From the NCBI GenBank assembly GCA_009859145.1, contig VRVR01000047.1:181093-245092 (forward strand): DNA of 64,000 nucleotides. Direction: 5' to 3'. The position numbers were made by a program, and so were the translations under genes. Below are positions 33,083 to 43,631 of the stretch, one piece after another. Source of the stretch: Andalucia godoyi And28 (taxonomy: Eukaryota > Protista > Jakobida). The notes under the pieces were generated by a model. It was not told where the DNA came from, ran no database searches, and saw nothing but the letters and a program-made list of their open reading frames with translations. Each line of letters opens with the position of its first letter. Position 1 is the stretch's first letter.

Positions 33083-35392
33083 ATGATGTCCAACTGGCCG
33101 AGTGTACGCGCTTCCCGAACTGCGCGGCCTTTACCGGTATCAGATGTAGCTTCAGAAGAGTATGCAACCATTTCGTCCAAGGTTGCAGATTGCGCAGAGG
33201 CCATTGCAAAGTCGTTTGTTGATGTAAATCGAGAACTTGACACGGACCCGCATGTGCTTGCAGTTCGAGATCGCATTCAGGAATTGACGGATCGAAAAAA
33301 GAGGTTGACGGATGCACTTACCAACATATCGAATGAAATGAAGAATCTGAAAAGTGGAATGTCGGCTCAGATTTTGCTGTGGCAGCAGAGCGTGGAGGAC
33401 AGTCTCGAGGAGCTTTGCATGAGAGTCTATGCGAATGCAAGGTCTGCTGCCAAATGCAGTGGAAGTGATGCAGATGCAACGGTCACTTGGAAGAGCCAAC
33501 ACAGAATCGAGGAAACGGGGTTCTTTCTCCGTATCAAACTAGGTTGGAAGTCGCGTAGCATCTCCAAAACTCTGATCGCAAAGTTTGTAAGACAGAAGGG
33601 CCTCGACGAATCGTGGATTGATGAACTGTGGAATTTCCAATATTTCATTGAGAGAGACAGTGCGTTGTCTCATTCAGCTCCACAGCCCCCACAGGCCAGT
33701 GGAAGGTTGCTAGTGCGGACACTGAATCCGAGCGTGGCCGCCAGATCAGGACGGGTGTTTGAATCGCGACCAGAACGCGGCTGGCCCGTGCATATAGAAT
33801 TTGATCGCTACAACGAATCTCAATTGGAAAAAAGAGTACGCGACATGTTGCTCGGGTTCGGGCTGAAGCCCTGTCTTTCAAAAGATGCGTTTTCATCGAA
33901 CATGCATGGCATGTTCAAGTCTGAGTGGGACGACGGGTGCATGCAGAGTTATGAAACCGGGTCGTACCGATTTGACTTTGCTGTAGCGAGTGCGCCGCAT
34001 TTGAACACCTTGGGGATAATCGAATGCGACGGGCTTCAGCATGGGAGAAGCAATTGCGCGCTGAACGATCGTGACCTCCTCAAAGAAAAGTACTGCAGGC
34101 ATCATCGCTACCCTGTTTGTCGGCTGAGCTGCAAGATGTCCGACGAACGACTGGTGCTCGAATTAAGAAAATTCCTGAAGGAGTCTCTTGGGTTGGCGAT
34201 GAACCCAGAAGATTTCTCGGCAATGCCGTTATGTTTTGAAACGAGAATCGCTTTTTTTGAGAATGAAGCTGCATGCCCTGTTGTTTTGAGCGCCGAGCGA
34301 CACACTGAGAATTCCATCGATCTGGCCAAATGTCTGCTGCGACGCGTAGGTAAGGTTCAGCGCTCATCGGCGCTGGGTCTCAATGATGTGTGCAGGTTGT
34401 TGCATATTGACGCATCGGCAAGGCATGTTTGCCTGGGAGACATAGTCAGCTTTGCGAACAATGAATCCGTTATGCTGAGCGTCGTCGTTGTGAATTCTGC
34501 CGGCGAACCTTTATTTCCTGCGCCACTTCGGTTAGTTCTCATTCTGCAGTTTTTGAGTTCTCCGAACCGGTTTTTGCTTCGTGCTGAGTTCCACACATTG
34601 TCGAGTTTTCAAAAATCGGTTAGGCTGACAATTGCTTCAGGTTCGACACCTGAGGATGGCGACACGAGACCTCCCGCTTCGAAACGTCGTCGAGTCATCT
34701 CTTCCAAGGTAATTCCCCATTGCATTCTCAGTGCAGAGGACCAAGCTCTTGCCGTCAAGTGTCTGCAAAGGATGAGCCATCTGAAAGCACCCTCCTGTTA
34801 TGAGATTGAACCAGTGTTCGAGTCTATCCGACGGCAGCTGGCAGTGTTACAGGCAGAGTATGCTCGGTTGGAAAAGGAAGGTGCTGCTGTTCAGCAGGCC
34901 CTTGACGAGTGTGCAAACGAGCATACCGTACTTTACCAGGCGGTGTGCAGTCGCCATAGATTGGTGGAACAACAACAGACGCACGCCGAATTGCTTTTGG
35001 AACTCGACTTAGTACGAGATAAGATGCGGCGGCTTTTCGTCCCACTTGCCAGTTCTGATTCTGGTGCTATTCCTGTTCCTGTTCCTGTTTCTGGTTATGA
35101 CACTGACGATGCGGATGCTCCTGTCGAAAGTTCTCGTGGCGGCTTAATGTTCCACGTTTGCGCCGCCCATGCGTCCTCTGCGACCAATCGCAAGCCGCTG
35201 TCACAAGAATTAATGTTGAAATTCTTCCGATCGAAGGGACGCGAGCCGCTCGGAAACGACCTGTGGACGTTCGAGCAGCCACGCTCTGTTGAGCTGTCAG
35301 CTGTCGCAGGCGGCGAGGAGGCAGAGACCTCCATATGTCCCATGTCGTTTCTATACGCTATCCCCGTCGAGGATGATGACGCTGACGGTTGA
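33083..35392 (+). CDS. Coiled-coil protein with a central Vsr/DUF559-like (restriction-endonuclease fold) domain
   Basis: 'SQLEKRVRDML...YRFDFAV...GIIECDGLQH...DLLKEKYCRHHRYPVCRL' at about 33818-34190, flanked by two coiled coils; first ATG at 33083. Confidence 0.65.
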   Translation: MMSNWPSVRASRTARPLPVSDVASEEYATISSKVADCAEAIAKSFVDVNRELDTDPHVLAVRDRIQELTDRKKRLTDALTNISNEMKNLKSGMSAQILLWQQSVEDSLEELCMRVYANARSAAKCSGSDADATVTWKSQHRIEETGFFLRIKLGWKSRSISKTLIAKFVRQKGLDESWIDELWNFQYFIERDSALSHSAPQPPQASGRLLVRTLNPSVAARSGRVFESRPERGWPVHIEFDRYNESQLEKRVRDMLLGFGLKPCLSKDAFSSNMHGMFKSEWDDGCMQSYETGSYRFDFAVASAPHLNTLGIIECDGLQHGRSNCALNDRDLLKEKYCRHHRYPVCRLSCKMSDERLVLELRKFLKESLGLAMNPEDFSAMPLCFETRIAFFENEAACPVVLSAERHTENSIDLAKCLLRRVGKVQRSSALGLNDVCRLLHIDASARHVCLGDIVSFANNESVMLSVVVVNSAGEPLFPAPLRLVLILQFLSSPNRFLLRAEFHTLSSFQKSVRLTIASGSTPEDGDTRPPASKRRRVISSKVIPHCILSAEDQALAVKCLQRMSHLKAPSCYEIEPVFESIRRQLAVLQAEYARLEKEGAAVQQALDECANEHTVLYQAVCSRHRLVEQQQTHAELLLELDLVRDKMRRLFVPLASSDSGAIPVPVPVSGYDTDDADAPVESSRGGLMFHVCAAHASSATNRKPLSQELMLKFFRSKGREPLGNDLWTFEQPRSVELSAVAGGEEAETSICPMSFLYAIPVEDDDADG

Positions 35393-36282
35393 CTGCTTTG
35401 TGTAACAACGTTGAACATCAAAACAATACGATTTTCTTAGCGTAGTCAAGTCCAGAATCTCTTCAATCCTTCACTTCTTTATCTTTCTTTCTATTATCTT
35501 CTGTTTTTATTATTATTATTTCATTATTAATCGAACCCTCAAGCAGACAAGCCATCTCACGGCTCCAAAGAGGGATCTTCCCGCCAAACGCAAACCCGGT
35601 CATGCCCAATGATACCGAAGACCAAGAAAACTCGCGGCTGCGACGACCTTCTGATGCAAAGCAATCTGCATTGAAGAGTTTGTGCTCGTCCCCCAACCCC
35701 TCAAATAAAGAGCAAAAACACATGACTTAGCCGATGATCTACTGTATAATGATTCATGTTTTGGTGAGCGGCGATACGCCTACATTGTACACTAACCACG
35801 GATAATCATCGCTGATCACCCATAATCAATTCTGCAACCCAACAACATGCATAATGCAACGCGGTGGCGTATTCATATAGGGATTTCATGATCAAAAACG
35901 GGGCGAAACGAATCGGGCATCGTGTGACGGAGTTGCTTAAGATAGCAAACGCATGCGGCATGGCGCGTGACAGTGTTTTTGTTTTACGTGCGCTGTAGAT
36001 TGCTTCAGCATACCGCATCGCAATCAGTGGTAGCTGCCGGAGTACAGCTGTTATATCTTCTCTTGCAGCAGCATTCACATTGACATTGACGTTGACGTTT
36101 TTTAGATTGTCGGAAATTGTGGAAAGAGTAAAATTTCCGAAAGAAGACTTCTTTCCAGGACGATTCGGGGTTTCAAAGCCAGCAAAAAACACACAGATAG
36201 TGCTCAGCGATAGGCACGAACCGTGACAGTTGTATCGAATTGGTGCTTGTTGTGAACTGGGAAGCAGGGTTGATTCGCAAGA

Positions 36283-37371
36283 ATGTCCCCGTCGCCGAAG
36301 AACAAGCCGCAAACGTACATGAATTCCATGTCCTCTTCGCGATCGCCGCTGGTGTTTCCGACAACAAGCAACGCATTCCCCCAGTCGTTGGAAGAGTCGA
36401 TGCACCTTACATCTTCCTATATGGGTTCTGCACAGCAGGATGTGAGCAGACTGCACAATCTTTCTCTTGGCAGCAGCAGCCGGTTTTACCCCAAGCCGCG
36501 GGAGAGCGAGGTGTCTGGATCTGGTTCGCAACGGATGAAAATTACACCGCCTCGGCAGTTCGTTGCGCATCCTCTTCATTCGCCACGACGAATATCGCCG
36601 AGAAGTAAGGCTGGGTCTGAGCAGCTGGACGACAATGACCCTGCTCGTCGGGAGGATCTTTCTGCTGCAGAATATGCAGTGTACTATGCATCTCCCTTTA
36701 GAGCACAGTTTCATGCTCCGGCGGCGGCGACGAGCGCTTCGATTCCAACAAGTGGGCTGTCTTCGCATGCCAGAATTCGAGGAATTCCCGAAAGTGATTC
36801 TTTGCAGAACGTCTTTGAGACCCCGAGAACGTCTCGCCAGAGAGCCAGACCGAGAGAGTCGACATCGCTGTTGAAGATGGAAAAGCACGCGCTGCTTCAA
36901 AAGGCCTATGCCCCTCATCTCGTTCCGAAGCAGACAGAAGAAAGACGGTCCAGTACCGGCACTAGCGGCGGTGGCGGCGGCAGCAGCAGGGGCAGCGGAG
37001 TGTTTGGACTGCCTCCTGCTGGATCGCTGTCGGCTAGATCGGCTCGCGACACTTGTAGAATGTCGAAAAGCGGGAAAGACAGGAAGGGAGGGAAAACCAT
37101 CACTGGAAACGCGGAAGAAGCCCTGTGGCTTGACGAGTTTGTGGACGAAGAAAAGGCCCTTCCGAACTGGGCTCTGGAGTGGAATGCAAAACCGTCCACC
37201 ATCGACGCGATGAATGATCAGCTTCGACTGGGACTGCTCAGCGGGGGTGTAACTCGGGATCCTGTTCCCAGCCCCCGAATCATCAGTCCCGGAACCGGCA
37301 CGCCAAAGACTCCTCGACGAGGAGAGCGTGTCTTCTCCGTCGCAGGGACTCCACATTTTGGGCATCCGTAG
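36283..37371 (+). CDS. Ser/Pro/Arg-rich, probably disordered hypothetical protein (362 aa)
   Basis: ATG-initiated ORF with many SP/TP sites; the longer antisense ORF looks like its shadow. Confidence 0.6.
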   Translation: MSPSPKNKPQTYMNSMSSSRSPLVFPTTSNAFPQSLEESMHLTSSYMGSAQQDVSRLHNLSLGSSSRFYPKPRESEVSGSGSQRMKITPPRQFVAHPLHSPRRISPRSKAGSEQLDDNDPARREDLSAAEYAVYYASPFRAQFHAPAAATSASIPTSGLSSHARIRGIPESDSLQNVFETPRTSRQRARPRESTSLLKMEKHALLQKAYAPHLVPKQTEERRSSTGTSGGGGGSSRGSGVFGLPPAGSLSARSARDTCRMSKSGKDRKGGKTITGNAEEALWLDEFVDEEKALPNWALEWNAKPSTIDAMNDQLRLGLLSGGVTRDPVPSPRIISPGTGTPKTPRRGERVFSVAGTPHFGHP

Positions 37372-37586
37372 GTCACTCTGCGAGACTTCGCTCCACAATA
37401 ACAAAATACACGTAGCATATGAAATATCGTATTCGTGGATTGCAACGCGTTGTCTGTAGCAACGGCATCCTCATTGTCAACATCGCACGATCGCGATTGC
37501 TACTATTTTTGGTATTGTATTTATTTTTCTTATTTTAATTATTATGATATCACACTCGTGCTTGGGAGTGCACGACGGAGCGGCAT

Positions 37587-40148
37587 TCACGCAACGGAAG
37601 AAGCGCTCGGCGTCTCTGTCGAAACGGCTGTTCCAATATGATTGATTCGTGGCACAAATGAGCCGACAACAGCACGCAGCCGATGCATTGCGGTTCCTAG
37701 AATGTCGGATACCGCGCGGTCTCCCACGGCAACAGACATCTCGCTAAGACGACGTGCAGTGGCACTCATGCCAACACGTTCCACCAGACCAGCATTTCCA
37801 ACCGATCTTTTCGCCCACTGAGCACACACAAAATCAGTAAGAGACGCGATGCGAAGTGCAACTTCCGCACGCTCTGGGTTGATAACGACCGTTTGGGATT
37901 GGGGTTGTTGAGACGCAGCCTGTCCCTTGTTCTGCTGCCCTTGCTTACTTTGAATGATCGTCCCTGTTGCTCCGGCAACGGCCTGCGGATTCGCGTTGGG
38001 TCCCATAGAAGTCCGCAGCGACAGCAGATTTTCAAGAACAGGAAGCAGGACTGCTTCGACAACATCCAGAACACACCCAACGCCAACGCACTCCAAAAGA
38101 GCTTCGTACAACATTGCTGAGCACTGCTGGCCAGCGAGAGCCGACGCCGACCCACCAGAGCCAACAATATCATCGTGATCATCCTTGTTTCCTTCCATCA
38201 CACACAAAGCATTGGATGAATCTGTCGCGGCTGGTCGCGCAGGAGCAGCGAGCAGCAAATCGTCCACACCATCCTCGGCAGACAGCGACTCCTCGGCCAA
38301 GAAGTCATCCTCTCCTGGGATGACCGCGCGCGACGTCCCCCCCGCCACGTGGGCGTACATGCTGACCACTTTTAGCGCATCAGCATCGATTCCTACACCA
38401 GCACACGCACATCGGCATGCATGGACTGCAGCATACAGGGCATGAACTGCTTCGACAACGGATTCCGCTTTCGCCAAACTCAAAGTCGGAACAAACGCTG
38501 CGACGTTCGACGGAGACTTCGAAGGACCTCCAAGCGCAACAGAAACCACAATCGGATCCACAGCAATCAGCCTTGAAAAGGCCCTTGCAAGAACCCAGGG
38601 CCAAAGCGCTCCAGAAACCTTGCTCAAGCTGTCGGGAACTTTGAAAGGGCCGCCGTCACTGTTTCCAGACACTGAAGGCTTCAAAAACGGAAGCAGTGTA
38701 CTCGACGTTGCGGGTTTCAAAGGGGAAGACGAGGCCCATGTAAGCAAGTGCGGTCTTGTAGCTGGGTGAGACAGTGCAATGCGCAATGCGGAAAGTCCAA
38801 GCGTGATCCATGTTTCCTGTGGCGACATCAGCACCTCTGGTTCCCAATCGTGGGCCACCCCGGATCGAGAATACTTTTCAAAGGCAGAAGCATTCTCTGT
38901 CCTCGCCAACACAGATGAAAATGGAAGAAAGTCGGAAACAGCAATGCCGGCAAGGCGTCTAGCAAATCTCGCCCACAATCTTTGTACGCTCCAATACAGT
39001 TTTCGTAAACTGGAGACCTCATCATCATCTGGTTCGATGAGGGCGGAGACTCCACCAAGTGCCCCGGAACTTCCCGTCGGAGCCGTTGGCGTGACTTGCA
39101 TGGCAACAACGAGCTCGTTCGAGAGCTCGACAGGTCCCGAGAGGACGCCTCCAGCAACGACCAGATGTGCAAGAACGGCATCCCAGACACACCGCGTCGT
39201 GGAGCAACCCGGCTTGCACCATCTACGAACCAACAATAAGCTCCTGAGCAGAGCATCTCGTTGCGCAGAGAGCATGACGTGTGCCTGCTGGAAACTTCCC
39301 GCAGTCAAAGCGTACGGATAAAGCTGCATCCCATGGGCAGCGAGTCCTTGCGAGTCTGCATGCTGCAAGTAGTTCTTGTCATGAGTCGAGAAGCGCCACA
39401 ACACGTACGCATATGCATGCATGAGCACCACGTCTTGTCCGCCTCCATATTTTCTTGCATTCTCAAACGAATACGAAGCAGGGTATGCCAATGCACGAGA
39501 CAAGACGTCCCACAACGCCCACGACGTCGGCACCAGAGCATCAATCAAAGCCTCTTCCGCATGATACGGTGTTGCAAAAGGCGCAACATCGCCTCTTAGT
39601 ATTCCTGCCAGTTGTTGAAGCGCCCATACACGATGTCTTCTCCCTTGTCTGTCCATCACGACATGCGCCGCACGGCTGCTCTCATTCCTTTGCTTGCCCG
39701 CCCCTGCGTCCTTTGGAGGATAAAACACCATCGGTGATTCCAGCGCACACAGAATCGACTGCAGCTTTGCACGGATGACTGGATGCATCGCATTTGCGGG
39801 TGGTGGTGCTTGCGGCAGGGGACGCGGAGCACCCGAGACTTGTGTATACGCCGCCGCATTCTGGCTGTAATGCGTGTTCTGTTGATACGCATGATGCGCA
39901 GTGTTCTGCGGATTGGAAACATGCCGGCTGGAACTGGAGTGCGATCCGCTTCCAGGCGTGGACACAGACCCGTGGCGCATCGTTGGCGTCAGACCGGTAG
40001 TCTGTGACGAGGGCGCAGAAGGCCCAGAAGCAGGCGTCGATCGATTCCCACCGTAGTTTGACGTCGAAGACACTCCATAGGCTGGAGTCCCATAGAGCTG
40101 TGGGTTCGAACCTGAACCACCAGGCGCATTCGGAGTTCGAGAAGCCAT
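37587..40148 (-). CDS. Hypothetical protein: low-complexity S/G/Q N-terminus followed by a helical domain
   Basis: ATG at 40148 after an A-rich leader; long ORF; no family recognised. Confidence 0.75.
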   Translation of the reverse strand: MASRTPNAPGGSGSNPQLYGTPAYGVSSTSNYGGNRSTPASGPSAPSSQTTGLTPTMRHGSVSTPGSGSHSSSSRHVSNPQNTAHHAYQQNTHYSQNAAAYTQVSGAPRPLPQAPPPANAMHPVIRAKLQSILCALESPMVFYPPKDAGAGKQRNESSRAAHVVMDRQGRRHRVWALQQLAGILRGDVAPFATPYHAEEALIDALVPTSWALWDVLSRALAYPASYSFENARKYGGGQDVVLMHAYAYVLWRFSTHDKNYLQHADSQGLAAHGMQLYPYALTAGSFQQAHVMLSAQRDALLRSLLLVRRWCKPGCSTTRCVWDAVLAHLVVAGGVLSGPVELSNELVVAMQVTPTAPTGSSGALGGVSALIEPDDDEVSSLRKLYWSVQRLWARFARRLAGIAVSDFLPFSSVLARTENASAFEKYSRSGVAHDWEPEVLMSPQETWITLGLSALRIALSHPATRPHLLTWASSSPLKPATSSTLLPFLKPSVSGNSDGGPFKVPDSLSKVSGALWPWVLARAFSRLIAVDPIVVSVALGGPSKSPSNVAAFVPTLSLAKAESVVEAVHALYAAVHACRCACAGVGIDADALKVVSMYAHVAGGTSRAVIPGEDDFLAEESLSAEDGVDDLLLAAPARPAATDSSNALCVMEGNKDDHDDIVGSGGSASALAGQQCSAMLYEALLECVGVGCVLDVVEAVLLPVLENLLSLRTSMGPNANPQAVAGATGTIIQSKQGQQNKGQAASQQPQSQTVVINPERAEVALRIASLTDFVCAQWAKRSVGNAGLVERVGMSATARRLSEMSVAVGDRAVSDILGTAMHRLRAVVGSFVPRINHIGTAVSTETPSASSVA

Positions 40149-40366
40149 TTTCAACCGATCTTTTCTCGCTCTTTTCTTTCTCTTTCTCGCGTGAATAAAC
40201 ACGCGAATCAAATAGACGCTGCACACAAAACAAAATACAAAAAAAAAGTAGATTGCTATAATAACTTTAAAGACAAATAATTAAACCAGTAATATTAAAA
40301 TAAAATAAAAAACGAAATGAGAAAACGAAGTCTAACAGTGTGCATTCAGAATGGAAAACGCGCGCT

Positions 40367-40410
40367 CAGTCTGCCCAAATGACGTCTGGGATCAATTGAC
40401 GCCAATCAGA
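40367..40410. promoter_or_regulatory. Cluster of eukaryotic promoter-like motifs (ACGCGCG, TGACGTC, CCAATCA)
   Basis: Three canonical-looking motifs within about 45 bp of intergenic DNA upstream of the 40148 gene; function untested. Confidence 0.25.
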
Positions 40411-41028
40411 GACGATGCTTTTTGAAAAAAGTATATTACAGTCGGGTGGGCTCTTTGCACCGAAAACGCGCACCGTACAGCAGTCCAGCCGCTTGAAGTG
40501 GAATTGGAAATGGGAATGGGAATGGAGTTGCCAAAGCAAGCTGGGGAACGTGTGGAAACGAAGAAAAGAGATTGTTCCGCCTTGTGGGGGAGGGCGCTTT
40601 CGACGGGATCATCCATGAGTTAAGAGCGGCGAGAGGACAGAAAATCTCCAGTGAAAGTGACGGCTTCTGGATCCAGTTCAGTAAACATGCGAGCAAAATG
40701 TCTGCACAGTGCTCGCACACAGCCCAAGAATCTGCTCACATAGACGCTTTGCGGGCTTCGAGAAAAAACCGGCAGACATTCCGTTTTGGGCTTTTCCGCA
40801 TCGAAGCCCTTCAAAATGCTCGAAACCGCAGAGGACCAAAGTGGACAGGAAACCGCACGGTCGGTTTTATAATAAATTACCTTATATATATATATTTGCA
40901 GGTTTGCAAGATGCATTCATCTGTAATCATTCGCAATTTCGGAATCGTTTCAGAAACCGCCTTGTTGTTTCTGTTTCTGCGATTCTAGCAGCTGTTATTG
41001 TGGGTGTGTGATTGTGAATCACGGAATC

Positions 41029-42692
41029 ATGAGTGTCTCGGATGACAGGAATCGATGCGAATCGATTCACAACGACGACGATGTAATACTCAGCCAATCC
41101 TCTATCCATGCTTCACCAACCTCCGCAGAAAGACAGTCGAATAGTTTTTCGGAGATTCCGCTGATGGCTGCATCTGCTGTCGAGGACTGGGTCCAAGACT
41201 CGAAATCGTGGGCATCCTCAATCGCAGATGGCGAACAGCAATCGCAGGACGGTGGCGAGAACGCAAGAACCGTCCAGTACGTGAATCTGCCAACAGCTTC
41301 TTTGCCAGTTACATTGTGCAAATTGCGCATGATGGTTGGCCTCGTTTGGATTTCCTATTTTGTAGCATACCTCGGAAGAGTATCCGTCGTCATTTTGCTT
41401 TCCGAACTGGTGCGCGATTCATCTGCCAACATGTCCACTGCACTTGTGGGTTCCTTTCTTGCTGTTGGATCATTTGCAGCTCTGGGAGGAAAGCTGTCAC
41501 TCTGTCTTGCGATTGACAGAATCGGCGGTACCAAGAGTCTGCACATCTCTCTCCTTCTTTCTGCTGTGTTCCTCGTGGTGTTTGCCGTGTCTGCTTCACC
41601 GCTGTTGTTCTTCTTCTCGTGGAGCGGATTTCGGTACTTCTCGACGCCATTGTGGCCTGCCTCCTTGCGCATCTTGAAGCTCTGTTCCGCGGCTGAAGAT
41701 ATTCCAAAATGGACAGGCTTGATTTTCACCGCTCCACGAATTGGAGCTCTGGCCGCAGCCTTTTTTGTTGGGGCTCTGCTGTTGATGGAGACATCGTGGA
41801 GACTTGCCGTTTTCCTGTGTGCAGTTCTTCATGTTGCTTGTTCATTGCTCGCCTTTTGCTTGTTTCCGTCCACCTTGCAGCCGATGGGAAATGGTGCAGC
41901 ACCAGAACCAGACCTGGAGGACGCCCAAGAACTCGACAACTCCTGCAAAGACCAGGCTGGCGGAAAGAGCCCTGATCAGCAGCAGCTTCGTATTGTTGGC
42001 GCTGGCCATGTCACTACGCCGACGAATCCACCACCAACGACAATTCTTGAGGCTCTCAAGTTTTATTCCAAATCGCAAACATTCTGGGTCGTGAGTGCGA
42101 CTAACTTTGCCTTCTGCGCAGTAGTGGAAATGGAATCGTTTGTCCTCTGATGCTACGACACTATATGGACGCAGATTCCGCGATCGCGTCATTTGGAACC
42201 TCAAGCTTCATGACTGGCGCAGTCTTGTCCATGTTGCTCACCGGTTACTGCTTGTCAAGAATGTCCACCAGCGTCCACAAGCAACTGCAGTTCACACGCG
42301 TTGTTATCTCCTTGGCAGTGGTAATGATGCTGATGCTGTGGTTCTATCTATCGACAGGTTCCCTCCTTGTCACCGAGACCGCGTTGCGCTGGACGCTCGT
42401 GTGTTCGCTGTTGTTCCTTTTTGCATTTCTGTTCTACGGAATGTCTTTCTTGCCAGCAAACACGTTCGCATCAGAAGATGGCGGAACGCACCACGTCGCA
42501 AAACTCTCTAGCTTGCTTGACGGGCTCGGATACACAGGGTCGATCATGTTTGACATCAGCGCTGGCTATCTTGTTGTCCAGGGATCACTGTGGTGGATGT
42601 TCTTCCTGGAGTGTACACTGTTCTTGATGATTGGAGGTGGACTGATGACATTCTTCATGTCAATACGACGCGACCAACCCGTTTCACAATGA
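41029..42692 (+). CDS. MFS transporter (GlpT/UhpC/SLC37-like) interrupted by a 1-nt frameshift at about 42144
   Basis: ORF1 (YFVAYLGRVS, IDRIGG, FSTPLWPA, TAPRIG) stops at TGA 42148-50; ORF2 starts at ATG 42150 and supplies the remaining TMs; one extra C at 42144-45 gives a continuous ESFVPLMLRHY. Confidence 0.8.
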
Positions 42693-42816
42693 GATTCACT
42701 GGGCATCGGGGTCTTGAATTCCGAAAATGTGCAGAATCAATATGAAAAAACTTCGTCTATTAGCACTACGCAATAAAGACTTGTAAAAACAACGGGGGGA
42801 AACACGCAAGACGAAG

Positions 42817-43194
42817 TCATTTTCGCAGGGAAGGGGTGTATCCATACTGTCTTGTAGACCACTTGCCAGCGCCTTTGCATGCAGGAGCAATTTTGCTACA
42901 GAATCCTCCCAGTCTGCCCGTTTCGGTATGAAACGACGATCCGCCTTGTGTTCTTGGATCTGCATCCCCGGAAAAACAGTCTTTGTGATAGAACAAACGA
43001 ATTTTCCGACCATCACGAGTCACAATGGGGTCACCAAGAGCAATTGCGCTATGGCATTCCCGGCAAGAAGTGGTTGCCGTTACTGCACACCCATACGACA
43101 GAGTCCAGTAGGTTGACTCGTGGCGGCCAGCATCAGCCCGGGACGCACTCGCTGGCTGCGTGCGTTCTTTCGACTCTTCCTCTGCAGGACGCAT
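42817..43194 (-). CDS. Small stand-alone PARP-type zinc-finger-like protein
   Basis: 'YGCAVTATTSCRECHSAIALG...LFYHKDCF' gives C-x2-C...H-x2-C ligands of the zf-PARP type. Confidence 0.7.
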   Translation of the reverse strand: MRPAEEESKERTQPASASRADAGRHESTYWTLSYGCAVTATTSCRECHSAIALGDPIVTRDGRKIRLFYHKDCFSGDADPRTQGGSSFHTETGRLGGFCSKIAPACKGAGKWSTRQYGYTPSLRK

Positions 43195-43631
43195 GCTCAG
43201 TCACGCACAGACCAAAGCGCACACACCGCCCTCGAACCAAACAAAATAAAGAAAACAATCCGTACAATCCGCCGACAAGGCAAAAGGAAAGAAAGAAAAG
43301 AAAGAAAAAGGAAAAAAAAAAGAAAAAAAGAACCGATACAGCGATGAAGAGAGCAGTTGTTTGAAAGATTCCTACGAAGAAAGTTGCCCAACGATGAGCA
43401 GGAACGGAGGAAGGGTATCAGACAATAAGCACCTTGGAGTTGTTGTGTGAAACAGTAACGAAGAGTTGGGGATAACAGCAAAAAGAGTGAGACGGTATTT
43501 GTCACTTCCATCGAAGTTACCGAGCATGCCATGGAAGCGACCTGGAGAATTTTCTGCAGTGAGGACGATGACCTGCGCATGTATTTTTGTGTTTCCTTTA
43601 TCAAGTGAATCAGAGACTTTTCGATAAAACC

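Noticed and set aside
35806-37404. 532-aa minus-strand ORF
   Set aside because: Largely overlaps the more protein-like plus-strand 36283-37371 ORF; no ATG-anchored or homology support
40097-40125. GGTTCGAACC T-loop-like string suggesting a tRNA
   Set aside because: Lies inside a CDS (GGSGSNP codons); no cloverleaf or D-arm found
40400-40990. Possible small gene in the 40.4-41.0 kb gap
   Set aside because: Several short frames on both strands, none with a supported start, splice model or motif
11512-43194. Apparent cluster of genome-maintenance genes (codanin-1, PrimPol, Mis12, FANCC-like, nuclease, zf-PARP)
   Set aside because: Spread over 30 kb among unrelated genes and two of the calls are tentative; compatible with chance
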